A stretch of 64,000 nt of DNA from Raillietiella orientalis (lineage: Eukaryota): assembly GCA_036172245.1 (NCBI GenBank), contig JAYWIR010000001.1, positions 10,230,001 through 10,294,000 of the forward strand, given 5' to 3'. The notes beneath the pieces are model-generated. The model searched no databases. It saw only the letters and a list, made by a program, of their open reading frames with translations, and was not told where the DNA came from. Made by a program: the position numbers and the translations under genes. The first letter of the stretch is position 1. Each line of letters begins with the position of its first letter. This document shows, piece after piece, positions 25,081 to 38,144 of this stretch.

Positions 25081-26584
25081 CAACACTCGTTTTCCTCATT
25101 CTATCCCCCTGCATCCCTAGCGACTTCAGATTTTCACTGCCCAGATACACAATTTGCACCTCCGTGAAGCATTCCATCGGGCGGGGGCTCTGGGGGAGTC
25201 CATCGAATTGCTTCCAGCCAAGGGTCAAGACAGATGGAAACTTGCTCTGCTCTCGAATCGCAGTGCCTTTGATAGTCGCCCCGACCGTTTCCTAACTAAA
25301 CTCAAGCTGTGATCTTTGCCACTCCGTCTCTCTCTTTGAGAAGTCGTTTCAGCCTCCATGATGGAACTTTCTACTTTCCCTCTTCATCGCAACTCTTCCT
25401 TGCCATGCCATTCCCATGCAGGCAGCCGTGCGTCATTTCGAATCTCCATGGCAATCCGCTCAAGCTGCCTTGCTTGCACTTTCAAATGAAAAGACTGCGT
25501 TCCTTGAATCACTTTAACCATGTTTTTAACCAGATCTTTCCATTTTATTTTATGTGGATGATGTGGATTCATGTTGCGCTTTCTTCCTTTTTCGACCTCC
25601 ACGAACAGATCGATTCCTGAATAGGAGGAGGACGAGAAAGAGGAGAAATGGAGAAGGAAGACGAGGAATGGAGAAAAGGGGGGAGGTGCAATGGAGGAGC
25701 TTTTTTTGCCCGTTTTTTTCATTGATCCAATGAGCGGTAGCATGGACCACTCGCCTGACAAACTCCACCTCATCCGTCCATGTGTATGCCGACGGAGAAA
25801 AAGCTCCCACTCGCAATCCTAATGACTCTTTAGCTCGTTGGAACGTCTCATAGGCCTCCCTTTGTGTACTCTTGCACACAAGAAGCACGTCCTATTGCAC
25901 CATTGACAATGACCCTTTCCTTTGTGTTGTCTTCCCTATTCCTCTCCACAACGCACCTTCCTCATTCCAATTCACGTCTCTTAGATGCTCTTGGATGATT
26001 TCACTGCGCAAGTGTTATCGGAATTTATTTAATCCCGCCCCCCAAAACCATTGCATTCCTGTTCGTCCGCAACTAATTATCAAATGATCTGTTGGCACTG
26101 ATATCCAGGTAGGGTGGCACAATGTATCCTCAGTCCATAAAATACACTCAGTTTGATAAAACGCAAGCATCCACGGAAAAATGGGCGCAGGCACACGTTT
26201 CAGTTACATTGATATGCGTCCTCAATTTGCCATTCTGTAGCAACCAAAAGCAAACGCATTGGAGCACCAACAGACGAATTGTTTGTTTCGAAACCCTACT
26301 GCTGGCGTAATGGAAACTTTTCAGAGTTTTCCTTCTTGCTATCATCCTTCATTGAACGAACGATGATGGCTTTGAACACCAAACCGAACGACTTTAAAGT
26401 CATTAGCAATAGATTCGGCCATTCTCATCCGGCACTTTATTAAAGCCTCAATGAGAAGACGGCAATTTTTCTCCTTACTCTTCCATTCTTGTAATCTTCA
26501 AAAAACACCTAGTTCTGAAGAGTCTCCTCATCCCCTAAACTCACATGTCCCCATGGAAATTTCACTAGAGCAAATAAGACAACA

Positions 26585-28385
26585 CCGCGTTCATGACCGT
26601 GTGGCTACGGTCTTGGCGCGTGGTACCAAGCGTTGCGGGTTCGAATCCCACGATTCACCACCAGGGGAACGCTGCGTGAGTGCGTCGTGGGCTTCGAGAT
26701 CCTCCCGCAGGATGGCTCTGGTTGGTCTAATAGGCTTTGGGTACGGTACTAGTAGACACACGGTCACGCCTAAGTGTTTATTTATAAAAAAAAAAAAACG
26801 TCTGTGGCGGGTCGTCACATCACTTGTACATACGAGAAGGAAGCTGCTGGGATCTGGCACGCAGGCCAGGGGGGTTCGCCTCGGCAGCATAGAGGGGTCA
26901 AATGAAGAGAAAAAACTAAAACAAAAAACATACTGTCAAAAAATGGGGGGGTTCGGGAAGGGATCACTGTGTGATGAAGGGCATGCTCTGCATCCTTGCA
27001 AGGATGCCGGTAATTTCCTGTTTTATGGTTCCCAGATAGGGTCATCTTGACTCTGTCCTCGTGTAGGGGACAGCAAAATGGATGGCATCCCTGTCGTTGC
27101 CACCGGGGATTCCAAGGTCGAGGCAAAGCGTCCCCAAAGGAGCCGGAGGGCAACACAATCCACTAGGAGGTGCGGGAGGGATTCCCGCTCCCTTCACCTT
27201 GCACAATTTGGGTCCACCCTCCCTTCCGTGTTGAATAATGCTAGCGGGCGTTGCACGGGAGGTTCCAGTGCAGCAGCATCAGTGCCGGCTCCTGTCACTT
27301 TAAGGGGAGGGTGCGGGTGTTCAGAAGCACCTTGGGCCATTTCAGGTCTTCCTCCGGAATACCCAGTAGCATGCCCCAGTGCAAAAGTCCACAAGGCCGA
27401 GAACTCGGGGTCAATACTGGTGGAACCCGAAAATCGGATGCCCCAGCTAACAGAACCGGGATTGAAGTTGACCCTTTGAGGTCCTTCCTGAAATCGAGGG
27501 GTCGGTTCTCTTCGGGATTCCCCTCTCACTGGGAAGATCGAGCTGCTTGATATCCCCCTCGGGGTTTCCTTTCCAGAGTGTCAGAAGCACACTGCTTTCT
27601 TCGGGGAGCGCCTTTTATAGAAATTTGGAAGCGTTCCTTCGGGGTTTTCTTCAGAGGTGGTTCCCTTCGGAATTCTTCATGTTCTTACGGGATTCCTTAT
27701 TCGTCCGTATCTGGGGCGTTCGTCGCCCATCAACCTGTCGACTCCCCGATTTCCTGCCCTCCGTCTCGAGAGAGCTCATCACTGTAGTTCTCCGGCTGTA
27801 TCTCATTGTCCGTCCTTCGGGTAACGTGGGCTGCATAAATGTCTCTGGGGTACCGGGTGCACGAAGCCACCATCCGCAGTGCCTCATCTTCTCTACGTTC
27901 CTTTTCGAAATTCCCAGATCGTGCAGCACTTTCTCATCTTTCGGTTTCCAGGCTCCCGGTGAGCCAGCGATGAGAGCATGCGTATCTCGCATGGTTTTTC
28001 CCTTCCTTGCTTAGCTGCAGCCCTATTTTATAATTTTCCAATTTGCTCCTCCTAGCTGACGCCCCTTCTCCACCCTTGAACGGTCAGCGGACGTCCAGTA
28101 CTATTGTCCGACTTCCTTTTTTCAGAACTAGTTCCGGTCGCAAAGGGGTGCCAGGATCTCTCCGGCTGGTGGAGACTAGAGTCCACTTTGTTTCATCCAC
28201 TGCGGCCATCCTGATCAATTTGTGGATCGCGTTGCGTCGCGCAATGATCGGAGAAATTTGGAAGCGTTCCTGCGGGGCTCTTTTCAGAGATCATTCCCTT
28301 CGGCCTTCCTTACCGAGCGTAAGACTCCTTCTGTTGGATTCTTTTTGGATTCATAGGGTGGTCCCTCTGGGGTTACCCACCTGTC
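26585..28385 (+). mobile_element. tRNA-headed SINE-like repeat, copy 1 (head 26585-26756; body resumes ~27420; body block repeated at ~28250-28385)
   Basis: A-box-like TGACCGTGTGG at 26594-26604 and B-box GGTTCGAATCC at 26638-26648. Head and body blocks (GTCGTGGGCTTCGAG, ACCGGGATTGAA, AGAAATTTGGAAGCGTTCC, TGGATTCATAGGGTGG) are collinear with 38730-38145 on the minus strand. Confidence 0.7.
26757..27420 (-). mobile_element. Old L1-like LINE 3' fragment inserted into the tRNA-headed repeat
   Basis: Minus-strand LPLK*QEPALMLLHWNLPCN...VDPNCAR*RERESLPHLLVDC. The 3' UTR aligns with 29140-29400. Terminus AATAAAC-ACTTA-GGCGTGACCGTGTG. Confidence 0.8.
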
Positions 28386-28389
28386 CTAA

Positions 28390-29415
28390 GAACAACGAAG
28401 CGAATCTGGAGATGCTTCAGAGACTGCTGCACTCCTTCTATAACAACCGCTTGCTGCAGTACGTCATCGTGCAGTCCATCACGTGTGCATGGGAGCAAAG
28501 AATCTCCCTAGCCGCGGCACTGCCCTCCCTCAAGGAGCACTTCGGCAGTAACCAGCTGGCGAAATGGGAGGCCCGATGTGAGATCGGTGGAAGAGCAGAG
28601 GAATTAGCCACGGTTGGACCACGGGTCAGCTCGCGAACTCTGGGACTCCAAGCGCCTCCCCAAAAGGACTGTTGCATTGGGGTGAGCTGCTGGGAATCCT
28701 GCAGGAAGACCTCAAGTATCCCCCTTAAGTGGCAGGAGTCATCACTTCTCCTGTTGCACTGGGGTCTTTTGTGCAACGTCTGCCGGTCTTACTAAACCTG
28801 GACCTGGACCTGGACTCTGGACCCCAACTGTTGCAGGTGCGGAGAACGGGAATCCCTCCCGCACTTGTTTGTAGACGGTGTTGCCATCCAGCCCCTGTGG
28901 TTGAGTTACGCAACGGCCCTTAGGGCATCAAAAGACAATCCCAGGGACGTGTTCAAGCGCCTCTTCGTGCGCCATGCGCTTTCGCCTGCCGCATCCCCAG
29001 CAGTTCTTTGTTGCCTACGAGGGATTGTGGCGGCCAGGAGCTACGCGAGGGGAAGACGGTGCGATAGGGATTCCCCATCTGCTTCGCCCTGCGCTTCCTG
29101 AGGACAGCAGCAGGATGGCCTCAGCTGGGTCATACTCAGAAGGAACTTGTCGGCATCCTAGAAAGGATGCAGATTATGCCCTCCAGCAGACAGTGATCCC
29201 TTCCCTAATCCTCTCAATTTTTTGGTATATATATTTTTGCTGTATTTTTGTTTTTGTTTGCCCCTCTCCCTCTGCTGCCGAAGTGAACCTCGCCGGCCTG
29301 CGTGCCGGTTAGTCGGCAGGTTCCAAGCATTTTCAGACAATGTAGGGCAGATGGCCCTACACATGTATGTTTATTTTTCATAATAAACGTCCCGGCGTGG
29401 CTGGGTGATGATAAA
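28390..29415 (+). mobile_element. Old L1-like LINE 3' fragment
   Basis: IPLKWQESSLLLLHWGLLCN...LDPNCCRCGERESLPHLFVD (zf-RVT-like). Terminus AATAAAC-GTCCC-GGCGTGGCTGGGTG at 29382-29407. Confidence 0.85.
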
Positions 29416-29449
29416 CCTATAACTTGCAGAGTTAAACGCACCCTTGGGT

Positions 29450-31480
29450 GTCATTCAGTGTCAAAGAGCTTCTGGAGCTTCTTAGAAAAGACAGAAAGAG
29501 TGCTTGCGTAGTCTGATCTGCAGCACTTGCTGTAGAGTGTTGCCTTGCAACAACTGAGCTCGTCCAAACCGAAAGGTCTTCCATATCATTAGTTATCGGC
29601 TTCTATCCTCTGAAAGGTTCGCAAAACCAATGAATCTCACGCCGATCCAAATTCATGCATCTTAAGATCAGCGTTCGAGCTGATTGCTGCGTTGATATTC
29701 ACTTTAAAAACGGCCGACATCCATTTCCTTTTGATTTTCCCTCGAAGATTGCTCGGCCATGTTCCCTATGGATACTCTTTGACTTCACATCGCTCTCACC
29801 AAAAATATTTATGAACTCAGAAGATCCCACATTTGGTGACCTTTTTCCCGAGGAACCTTTTCTCCAAAGATCGGTTGGTATGGCTACATCGAAGTCACTC
29901 CCATCCAAACTGAATCCTTCGGTCATGCAAAGGGCGCTAACAAGTGGTTTGTGCCTTCTGCGTTCGCCCCTCGTCTTCTACATTCCAGAAGCTCAGTAAA
30001 CAAATTAGCTATAATCGCAAACCTTCTCTTAACAACATTTTCGCTAGTCGCATCGGGGTGCATCGATGTCTTACAGATATTCCACTCGGAGGAGGAAGCG
30101 ATAGTTTCTCCACGCTTCCGTGTAAACGATCTGTCATTCTTAGCAAACTGCTACGAAAGCATCTTTCGATTCTTGTGTTCTGGTCATGAAATTCAAACTC
30201 AGCTCCCCTGCTGGTATTCTGGCCATGAACTGATATCGTGACGGCATTTGCTCAATTAAGAAATCAGTTCGCACCTAAGCATTCAAAAGAAGGAAACATC
30301 TCGGTGAAAAGAAAGATCGGAAGAGCATGATTTTCCAGGAAAGCAGCGATCATCATTCCTGCAGATGCGAATTATTCGGTTTCCGTTCCGTGTTCTCTAC
30401 TTATCTTTCAAGTCAACATGAATTCCCTAATTTGATCCTGCGTCCTGAAACTATCTTTTGTAACATATACTCCCAGAATCGCAAGTTGATCTTAGCCAAA
30501 TGATTCCCGTATGAATTCAACCCTCCCACATTTAATCAACAGCTGCTGAAACTGAAGCCACAAGAGTTAGTAAAAATAGGTCGATTGAAATCAGCTTCTC
30601 ACTTGAGAAAGAGAGCGCCACAGAGCTGCGCCACGATCGAGGAATCGCTGCAGCAAGTCTTTGGCAGGTTCCTCAGGGTGCAGGAGTGCCGAAGCATCGG
30701 TCTTTGGAAAAGTCCTCGAAGAACAGGTGTGGGAGCGATTCGATTTCCCGCGCCTCAACACTCGACAACTCGTGGACTGACCTCCCTTTGAACTTCCTTC
30801 CGTAAATGGCTTCTTTATTTCGAAGCCCATTGAGAACATACTTCATTGCTGGTGTCGCCCGCGAGCTGGCGTGCGGCGCCGCATTTCTCCGGATGGTTCC
30901 TTCAGCATTTTGCACGTGGGTCGCATGCTGAGGCCATCGCGTGCTTCGTGGCGTCTCCGACCATTCCCGGCATTTCGCGGCAATCTTCGTCCAGCGTTCA
31001 AGCTCTCTTCGACGCCCAGCAGAGACGGATCGCCACTCCCTGTGGGTAGCGGGCTTCTCCGTCGGGAGCATCTTTTACATCCTGTACGTTCGGAGGAGCG
31101 CTTTGGGAAGGGTGGATGGAAGCCACCCAAGGGTCGGCCTGCTTTCGACGGACGCTAGCCGAGGGAGAAGGAGGAAGACATTGAGAGCGAGAACTGACCG
31201 CGTGGCTGAGACTACATGTGAACGAGACAAGTAAACTACGTTCAAAGTAGCTAAGTCTACTGAATCCAGAAAATGCGAGCTTTCGGCCAAGGCGACAAAG
31301 CCGAGAGATTCCTTTTGCAAGAGGAAGCAAGTCGTGAGCCCAGAGATGGAAAAGAACCGTCTTGGTGGTTGCAGAAGCTCGGGGAGCATTCGAAAGAAGG
31401 GAAGTTTGTCTGTAAAGCACCACTCCTGAACCCCCGACTTTAGTTCAAAGACTTCGTCACAGCGAAGCAGAGCCAAAGTT
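29450..31480 (-). pseudogene. Decayed PPR relic (N-terminal extension plus a few repeats)
   Basis: PNVGSSEFINIFGE...GRAIFEG (29699-29926), MHPDAT and AKDLLQRF. Ser-rich, transit-peptide-like 5' part. Confidence 0.4.
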
Positions 31481-31549
31481 GGGTTCCCATTACACGTGGA
31501 TCCGCTCCGAGATACGGGTCAGACGAAATGATACGAAAAGTTTCATTAG

Positions 31550-34500
31550 GCTACGGGGGATGTTCTTAAAGAGCAGAATTCACTGAGGAGCGACTGATGA
31601 GGTTGAGTTCACTGAATCGGCTCACGGAATTATCGTGCGATCATGCGAAAAATGAGGCAGATTTGTTTTTGGTTTCTCGTTGAGCTCATACGTACATTTA
31701 CTTCTTTTCCTTGATTTCCCAAGAGCGCTTTGAATAATGTGACCTTAAGGACGGGAAATTTTCGAGTTCTTTGAAGTTCCTTTTGGGAAAAGGATTTTTT
31801 CTTTTTTTCTAGCTCAGAACCTGACTGAAAAGGTCTTCACCTCGTTCATAGTGGAACCTAACGATTTACTTGTTGCAGGCGCGGAAGACAACTCGGCCGA
31901 AATCCGAGAAAGAGGTTCATTCAAGCACTTTCATTCCTGCAGGGCTTCACTTCGCTAGAGAAGTCATCTGCGCAGGCAAACGTGTCATCGGGAAAATGGA
32001 AGCGCCGCTTTCGTTTTCCTGAGCTCCGTTTCCTTCGTTTGATTTGATGCTCTTCGTCAGAATCAAGCGGCCAAGACACGGTTTAGGAATACCTTCACGG
32101 ATGTGAACTCTAAACTTGACACGATGAGGGATAGTGGAGAACCTAAGATGCTGGTAAGCGAATCAAAGGGGCATGAAAGCGAAGGAGAACGGCTGTAAAG
32201 CCTCCCTGCGCATCAAAGATGCACAAGACCTTTGCTATCTGGATAGATGGAAGACTTTGGAGTGCAAAGTCCCAGCCAATCTTGGATACGTAACAGGTTA
32301 AATTTGAAATTTTATTCCCGGCACCAGTTCGTCTGAGCATTTCTCTTTCAGAAAACCCCACAAGGAAAAATGCATAATGCTCATCCCAGTTTCCGTTGCC
32401 ATGGAACAAGAATCGTCGAAATCATGCGTTTTTGTTCGAAATGTCGTAAACCCAGCACAACCCCATGTTTCCACAGGGATTTTCACCGCCTGCAAACGAT
32501 AATTGGGAGCAAAATAGATTTCCATAAGATGGGATTCAAGAACTGCCGTAGATATCTCACACGTGAATTATGGATCCAATAGGTTTTCTTTAATGCCTGA
32601 GATATCAGCCAGAATTTCTTATCATGAAAATTCTTTCAGACATGATTGGAATTTGAATAAACTGCTGTATTTGGCATTAAGCACCTTGGATTGGGAACTG
32701 CTCACTCTCTTCGGGTTAAAATCAATTTTTCCTTCCAGCTGCTCGAACTCCGTTATTTTTATGCACAAAGTGCTTGCCGAAAGGTCGCAGAGTCTCGCTT
32801 TCTATCATGGTACTCAAAACCGAAATCTCCTTTATCTGTCTTCCAGTTCGAGGACATTCCCTCGCTCCCGTTCCAAAATTTGTGATCAAGACTGCTTTGA
32901 AGTCATGGATGGATAAGAAAGTCAGCCGAAGTCCGACTTGAGGTTTTTCATCTCCTTCTAGAACATGAAATTCAAAACGAATTTATCAGCGTCTTTTCAT
33001 TATGGAAATGCTGGCTGAGAGGTTTTAGTTGTTAGCTGGATGCTGATCAATGTAAAAAAAAAAAATAACTCAAAGAATTGGATGAAGTTTACTGATGTTT
33101 CAGTTGGCTGTATAAATCTCTTAGAGGAAAGCCGCTGCCTTTCAAAGTTTTCCACGATTCCTGATTGAGAAACTCTTCCGTTTATTACTTTCTCTGCTTC
33201 CCCCTTTTTTTTATAGACATCATCTCTACTGACTTTTGAAAGTATGTATCGTTCAAAAACGTTGCTAAAAATTGGTGATCGTGCAGTGACGACCTCGGAA
33301 GTGGAAAGGGAGTTTGGTGCAGATGTCAGAACAATAGAAAGGAAGAAAGCTTGCCTTAAAACATCAGGCTTAAAGCATCCTTGGTTCTTTGGCCGCTACG
33401 AAGGGACTATGAAACTTACCACGAGCTATGACTGTGCGAAAAGCATCTGCTGGAACTTTGTGATTCATGTGAATGGAGAATAAGATGTGACTCTCGAGCA
33501 TCCAATGCATCCATTCTTCAAGAGCATTCCTAGCATCATAGCATTACTTAAGAGCTTGCTTCAATCAAGTTTGATGAAGTTTCAGTGACGGCGTCTCCTC
33601 CAACATATCCGTCTGGATAGCGATCTCGGAAACTGGTTGCTTGTATAATTTGAGGTTTTAAAATACGTTTGCCCGTCAAACCTGTACAGAATTGAAGACT
33701 GAGTACACTCATCCCAGAGGCACATTATTCTTCGTGTTCATGCAAATTCCTGAGCGAGGAGGCTGAAACTTATGCATCTCAAAACATGCTGTAATCCCGT
33801 GTGAGGCAATTTCGTATTTAGCTCGGCATCATGGAAACATTTCCTCTTGCAATCTTGTCATTCGGTGCCTCATTTGCTGAAATTATCTGAAGGCTGAAAG
33901 CCATGACGGTCAGAGGAGCATCACATTGCTATGAAATAAACTGAGTGGTTGCATACAAAAAAGTTAAACTGAAACCTTTCTCGATTTCGAGTATCTACCA
34001 CTGGTTTGCTCAAAAGTCGAAGCTATTCTGCCGTCTCCTTCTATCTTCGCCATCAAATTGTAAAATCACTAATTGAATTTGGGATTTCTTCGTAAACAGC
34101 ATTTACCAAAGGTAGCATTAAGCACACTAAGCCTTCAGTAAGGCTTTAGTTATTAAATGTGTAGGATCTGTTAGTTGGTCCCTTTTCAAAAGTTGGCTTG
34201 CTTTTACACTGTATTTCTAGGCAAACGAATTTGTTCACGAGAAGTTCAAAAAGTGAAAGCGACGTTTGAATTCCGCTTTCATCTGCAACATTCACTGTGA
34301 AGTCTTCAGCACCAGCATTAGAGCCGCTCTAATCGATTGGAAGAAGTTGAAAAATTCAAGGTACACTCAGTGCACTATGTACACACGAGGCTGGTCATTA
34401 CAGAAGTCAGCTTCAATTTTTGGTATAACGTCTCCTACGGAACTTTTCCGGGCGTGCTCATGGGAACACCGCGACTACCGCTGAGGTCCTTTCTCATGCA

Positions 34501-36250
34501 TGCAGTCTAAGCCATGATGAAATATTTCATCTCTTCTCATCGAAAGCATAATATAACCGAAAAGCATTCTTATTTGGAATTTGGTCATGGTAATCAAGCG
34601 TTCCAGAGACACCATAGTTATTCATCCAAGTAGCAATAAATCTTCAGAATGATATGAAATATTGAGCAACATTTGAATGATCAATGAAATTCTATTGTTT
34701 TCGCTTTTCGTACCACATAATTTTTGCTGCACCTTCTCATCAGATTTTCAGGTATCAAGTCTTGAATCAGAAAGTACACCTGCACAAAATTGTGCCATCT
34801 ATGGCCTCTGAAGATTCACGTGCAGTGTTTCCTTCCAACTTTTGGTTTATCAGTTTCTGTGATACCGATGTACCAATATGTGTGCCCCTGTCCATAGTAT
34901 CGCAGTAACTCATCAGCAGCAGATTGAAAGCTGCTTCGTGTTAAATGTGTCATAATTTGTGTGTGTGCACAAGAATGCAAATGGCCACATACATTTATGG
35001 CCTGCCAGCTATCTAATTCTGAACTCCTCAAATTGCAGAAGATAAAATCCGTTCAAAAGAAGGAAACCCCATTAGCTTCCTGGTATCAGAGGGCAGACAT
35101 CAAATCCCAAATAAAGTCATTGGTTTGTTCGTGAAACTTATCAGCAAGATGTGTTTCAAGCATGCATGACTCGCCCCCATTGGGTCAGCATCGAAATGCA
35201 AAAGGAAACACCATCGTTTTTCAATGGATTCCTGCCTTCGATATGCGAATCGGCATAATGGACTTCAGGCCATCTGAACAGATGTTCCTGCACATACGTT
35301 CTGCTTGTTATGAGTAACCTTTCGAAGAATTTTTCCTAAAACTGATCACGCTCGGTCCAAGTCGTAATTACACAAGTATAGGTGGTGCCGCATTTGCGTG
35401 TCCATGCTCAATCAGTGTCAGCTTGAGAGCCACGAGATAGTTATCATCTCTCTCGCAGTGATTCCCAGAGGTAAGTTTAGAGAGCATCTTTTATTCAGGA
35501 GGAAGAATTGAATTTTAATCAGACTAGATATATATATATTTGCAATGCGCCGGACGGCTTGTGATTCTGAGTACTTGGATGCACTGAGAATGCGGAGCAG
35601 TCCAGAGAAATAGAGCCGGATGAAATCTATAGTCTTTCCAGCCACTGCAGCTGCAATCGTGAAGTGCAGTCAGTGGATTCAGTGAATCATCGCAGTGATA
35701 TTATTCTCAGGTCGTATCCGATTTTCCACCATATTTTAAAAGCTCTTATCCGATGTCTGTTTACGGACTGACTGAAAGAACGGGTACCTTCATCCTCTGC
35801 AAGACCAAAGCTAGCATGATTAACGTAAATTGTAGTAGATGGGAATGTTCAGTATACTTATTAAGGTGGCATATTTGGCAGCTGTGAGGCAACCTTCGAG
35901 ATAGCTTGCTTCATTTAAGATGCTGCACTACCTAGACAGCTTCCTGAGATGGGAGCTTGGAACAGAAAAGATGCATGAACATTCGTGACAACTTTTTGTT
36001 TTACGGCTTGAACCATTACTGCAATTATTTGCTGCAGTTAGTTTTCCTGAACTGCTTACTGTTTGAACGTTGTTCTCTTTACATCGTTTACATTTCTGAC
36101 TCCTCGCCAAAGCAGGTTCCACAACTGGTCATGATTCTGTGAGTAGAGCACCGCCTAATGGAGAGTTCAGAATAACAGGAGTACTCCGCTTGAGCAAGTC
36201 AGATACACTTGAGAAGCATCTAAAAATGTTCCAACATTTGGGCGTAGGCA
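31550..36250 (+). pseudogene. Decayed PPR-E gene relic
   Basis: TMYTRGWSLQKSASIF...CSW (34266-34484), PNKV..FVKLISKMC (~35110), and LNHYC...LLAKAG (~36010-36117; consensus EHY.C.VDLL.RAG). Confidence 0.5.
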
Positions 36251-36369
36251 GACAAACAAACCTAGGTAAATTCTGATCTTCAATTCTGCATTCTTCCGGT
36301 AAACTAAGTGGGATTTCCAGTTCTGATTCAAGTAGTTCGAAACTCTATGAAGTCACTGAATGGTTACAG

Positions 36370-36735
36370 GCGAGAGCAACGAGATGTTGCGCCCTTGCCG
36401 TCGTCACGGCCCACCACGAGCTCCGATCCCCGGCGAAGAGAGGGGAGACCACCCGCATGGCAGCTTCCTACGCGAGGTGATCCCACGTACGCGAAGAAGT
36501 CGGGTCGGTGATCGCCGGCGTTCTGCGCTGGTTCCGACCACGAGGAAGCGTCCGCTGCCATAGACCCCTGTCCCCACCCTCCCTTTATTTATTGCCCCCT
36601 TCCCTCCCTGTTCGGACTTTCTCAGCAACTGACCTGCGTCCCGATGAACCCTCCACGCGAACTTCTTTCTTTTAGGGAAAGGCGTTTCCAAATCTTTGGC
36701 TTTTTTTTATATCAAGAAACTTCCCACGTGGAAAC
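36370..36735 (+). mobile_element. Short old L1-like LINE 3' end
   Basis: PAKRGETTRMAASYAR...VIAGV...LSPPSLYL, homologous to 19573-19791. T-tract followed by AAGAAACTTCCCACGTGG. Confidence 0.65.
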
Positions 36736-36739
36736 CCGT

Positions 36740-38110
36740 TGCCAATAAGTTTGGAAACGATGACGCTCGACTCCCTCGACGCAGCATTAAGCCCCCTAAG
36801 GAAGCAAAATGGCAGTTGCTTACCTACCGGCGAGGTAGGAAGTCTCCCGCGAAGTCGCGTGCACGAGGAAAGCGCTTGGTGGATGGACCACGGTCGGTGC
36901 GCCGATTCTCTGACTCCGAGAGCCCCACGAAAAGGACTTATCCTCTAAGGACAGCTCTCCTAAGAAGATCTTGTGCTGCCCACCGAGAAGGAATCATAGT
37001 ACGCTGCCAGGCGCTCTGCCCAGTAGGCATCCTGTTCAGGATGCTGGCAATTTCTGTCCGTATGGCACTCAGGTGGGGACATCTCGAGTAGGTCTTCAAG
37101 AAAATTTGCGCGCAGTGGGTGGTGTCTCTGCCATGTCGACCTCTCCTTCTGGCATTTCAGGATGCCTTGATCTCTGGGAGACATCAAAGAACTTTGAGGG
37201 ACGCAGCTGGAGGCAGTGAGGAACCACTCACGAAGAGGCGTTTACGCTGGGACCTCCTCCTAGGCTTCTAGAGGCGATCCTAAAGGGTTCGGAAGGCAGC
37301 ACTGATCAACAGCAGGTGCGGCAGGGTCTCCTTCTTCCCGAACTTGTCTCACTGAGCGTCCACGCTCCCCGTATCCAGTGACGAAGGAGCGCTTCGCACG
37401 GTATTCCCCCATGCAACACCAGCAACGCCAACTCCTGCCACTTGAGGGAGAGGTTGTACTGTTCCAGCACGCTCGGGATCACCTCCTTCGGAGGAATGCC
37501 GAGCAGCTCTCACCAGCGTGAAAAGTCCGTAGGATGACGACACCCGGGGTAGCAGCGTCCGCCCAGAACTTCCTTCTTTGCTGCCATGCAGCAAATCACT
37601 TCCTACCTTTCCGGGATGACACTGTCCCTTGAGTTCCTTAGGGAGGGAAGCACTGGAGCAGGCGGGGTGGATGAGACCCACTGCATCTTCTTCGGGTTGC
37701 GGACGATCTCCTCCAACAGCTTGCAAGTGTTGATGCCTCGCTGCAGACGGGCGCAACCCTCTTCGCTCGCGCCATGGATCTTTCCCCAGGCGAAGACTGA
37801 CTCCTAGACCCAGGCAGTGCAGTTCGCGGGGAGGCAGGAGATCCGGATGTCCTCCTCCACTGGTGCAACCATCTGGCGGAGTTGGCATCCGCTGCGCCTC
37901 AGCAATCTCTCGCGAGTCACGTGGAGGGACGCGAGTCCCTCGCAGCCAGTTGCGCTGGGGGAATGGATGATGGAAATCCTTCAGGGTTCTTTTGTCTTTC
38001 GTTGCTTTCCTTCCAGCTTTTGTTTTATTATTTTTTTGTTTGAGTGGGGGAGTTTCCATGTTTTTCGTTTGTACTCAGGAACCGCTCGTCTAAGGCCCCA
38101 CGAAGCTGCT
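36740..38110 (+). mobile_element. Probable decayed LINE post-RT region with T-rich 3' UTR
   Basis: CLPTGEVGSL resembles the L1 CLPKxEGGLG motif. GVDETHCIFFG resembles a decayed zinc knuckle. T-rich tract at ~38000-38070. Confidence 0.4.
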
Positions 38111-38144
38111 TGACAATGTCCATGTCACCTGAGGTGTCAACTCT

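Larger units (their letters stand above)
20700..26450 (-). pseudogene. Decayed PPR relic interrupted at 22960-23655 and 23877-25080
   Basis: ANRSFDN*LRTNRNAMV, KGTAIREQSKFPSV...KQFDGLPQ, KHGLESTLLF, TGIVDD...RVF and DVILLGTTLDS*G resemble PLS repeats. Confidence 0.5.

Noticed and set aside
26585..26660. Functional tRNA gene (B-box, GTG in a loop, trailing CCA)
   Set aside because: No convincing 7-bp acceptor stem. The anticodon arm is not conserved in the second copy, and homology extends far beyond tRNA length, which fits a tRNA-derived repeat better.
26785..26798. Poly(A) tail of the SINE
   Set aside because: It corresponds to the T-tract upstream of AATAAAC in the minus-strand LINE 3' UTR, as in sister copies.
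26757..29410. Large inverted repeat read as TIRs of one DNA transposon
   Set aside because: The two arms are diverged LINE 3' fragments in opposite orientation, each carrying zf-RVT coding remnants.
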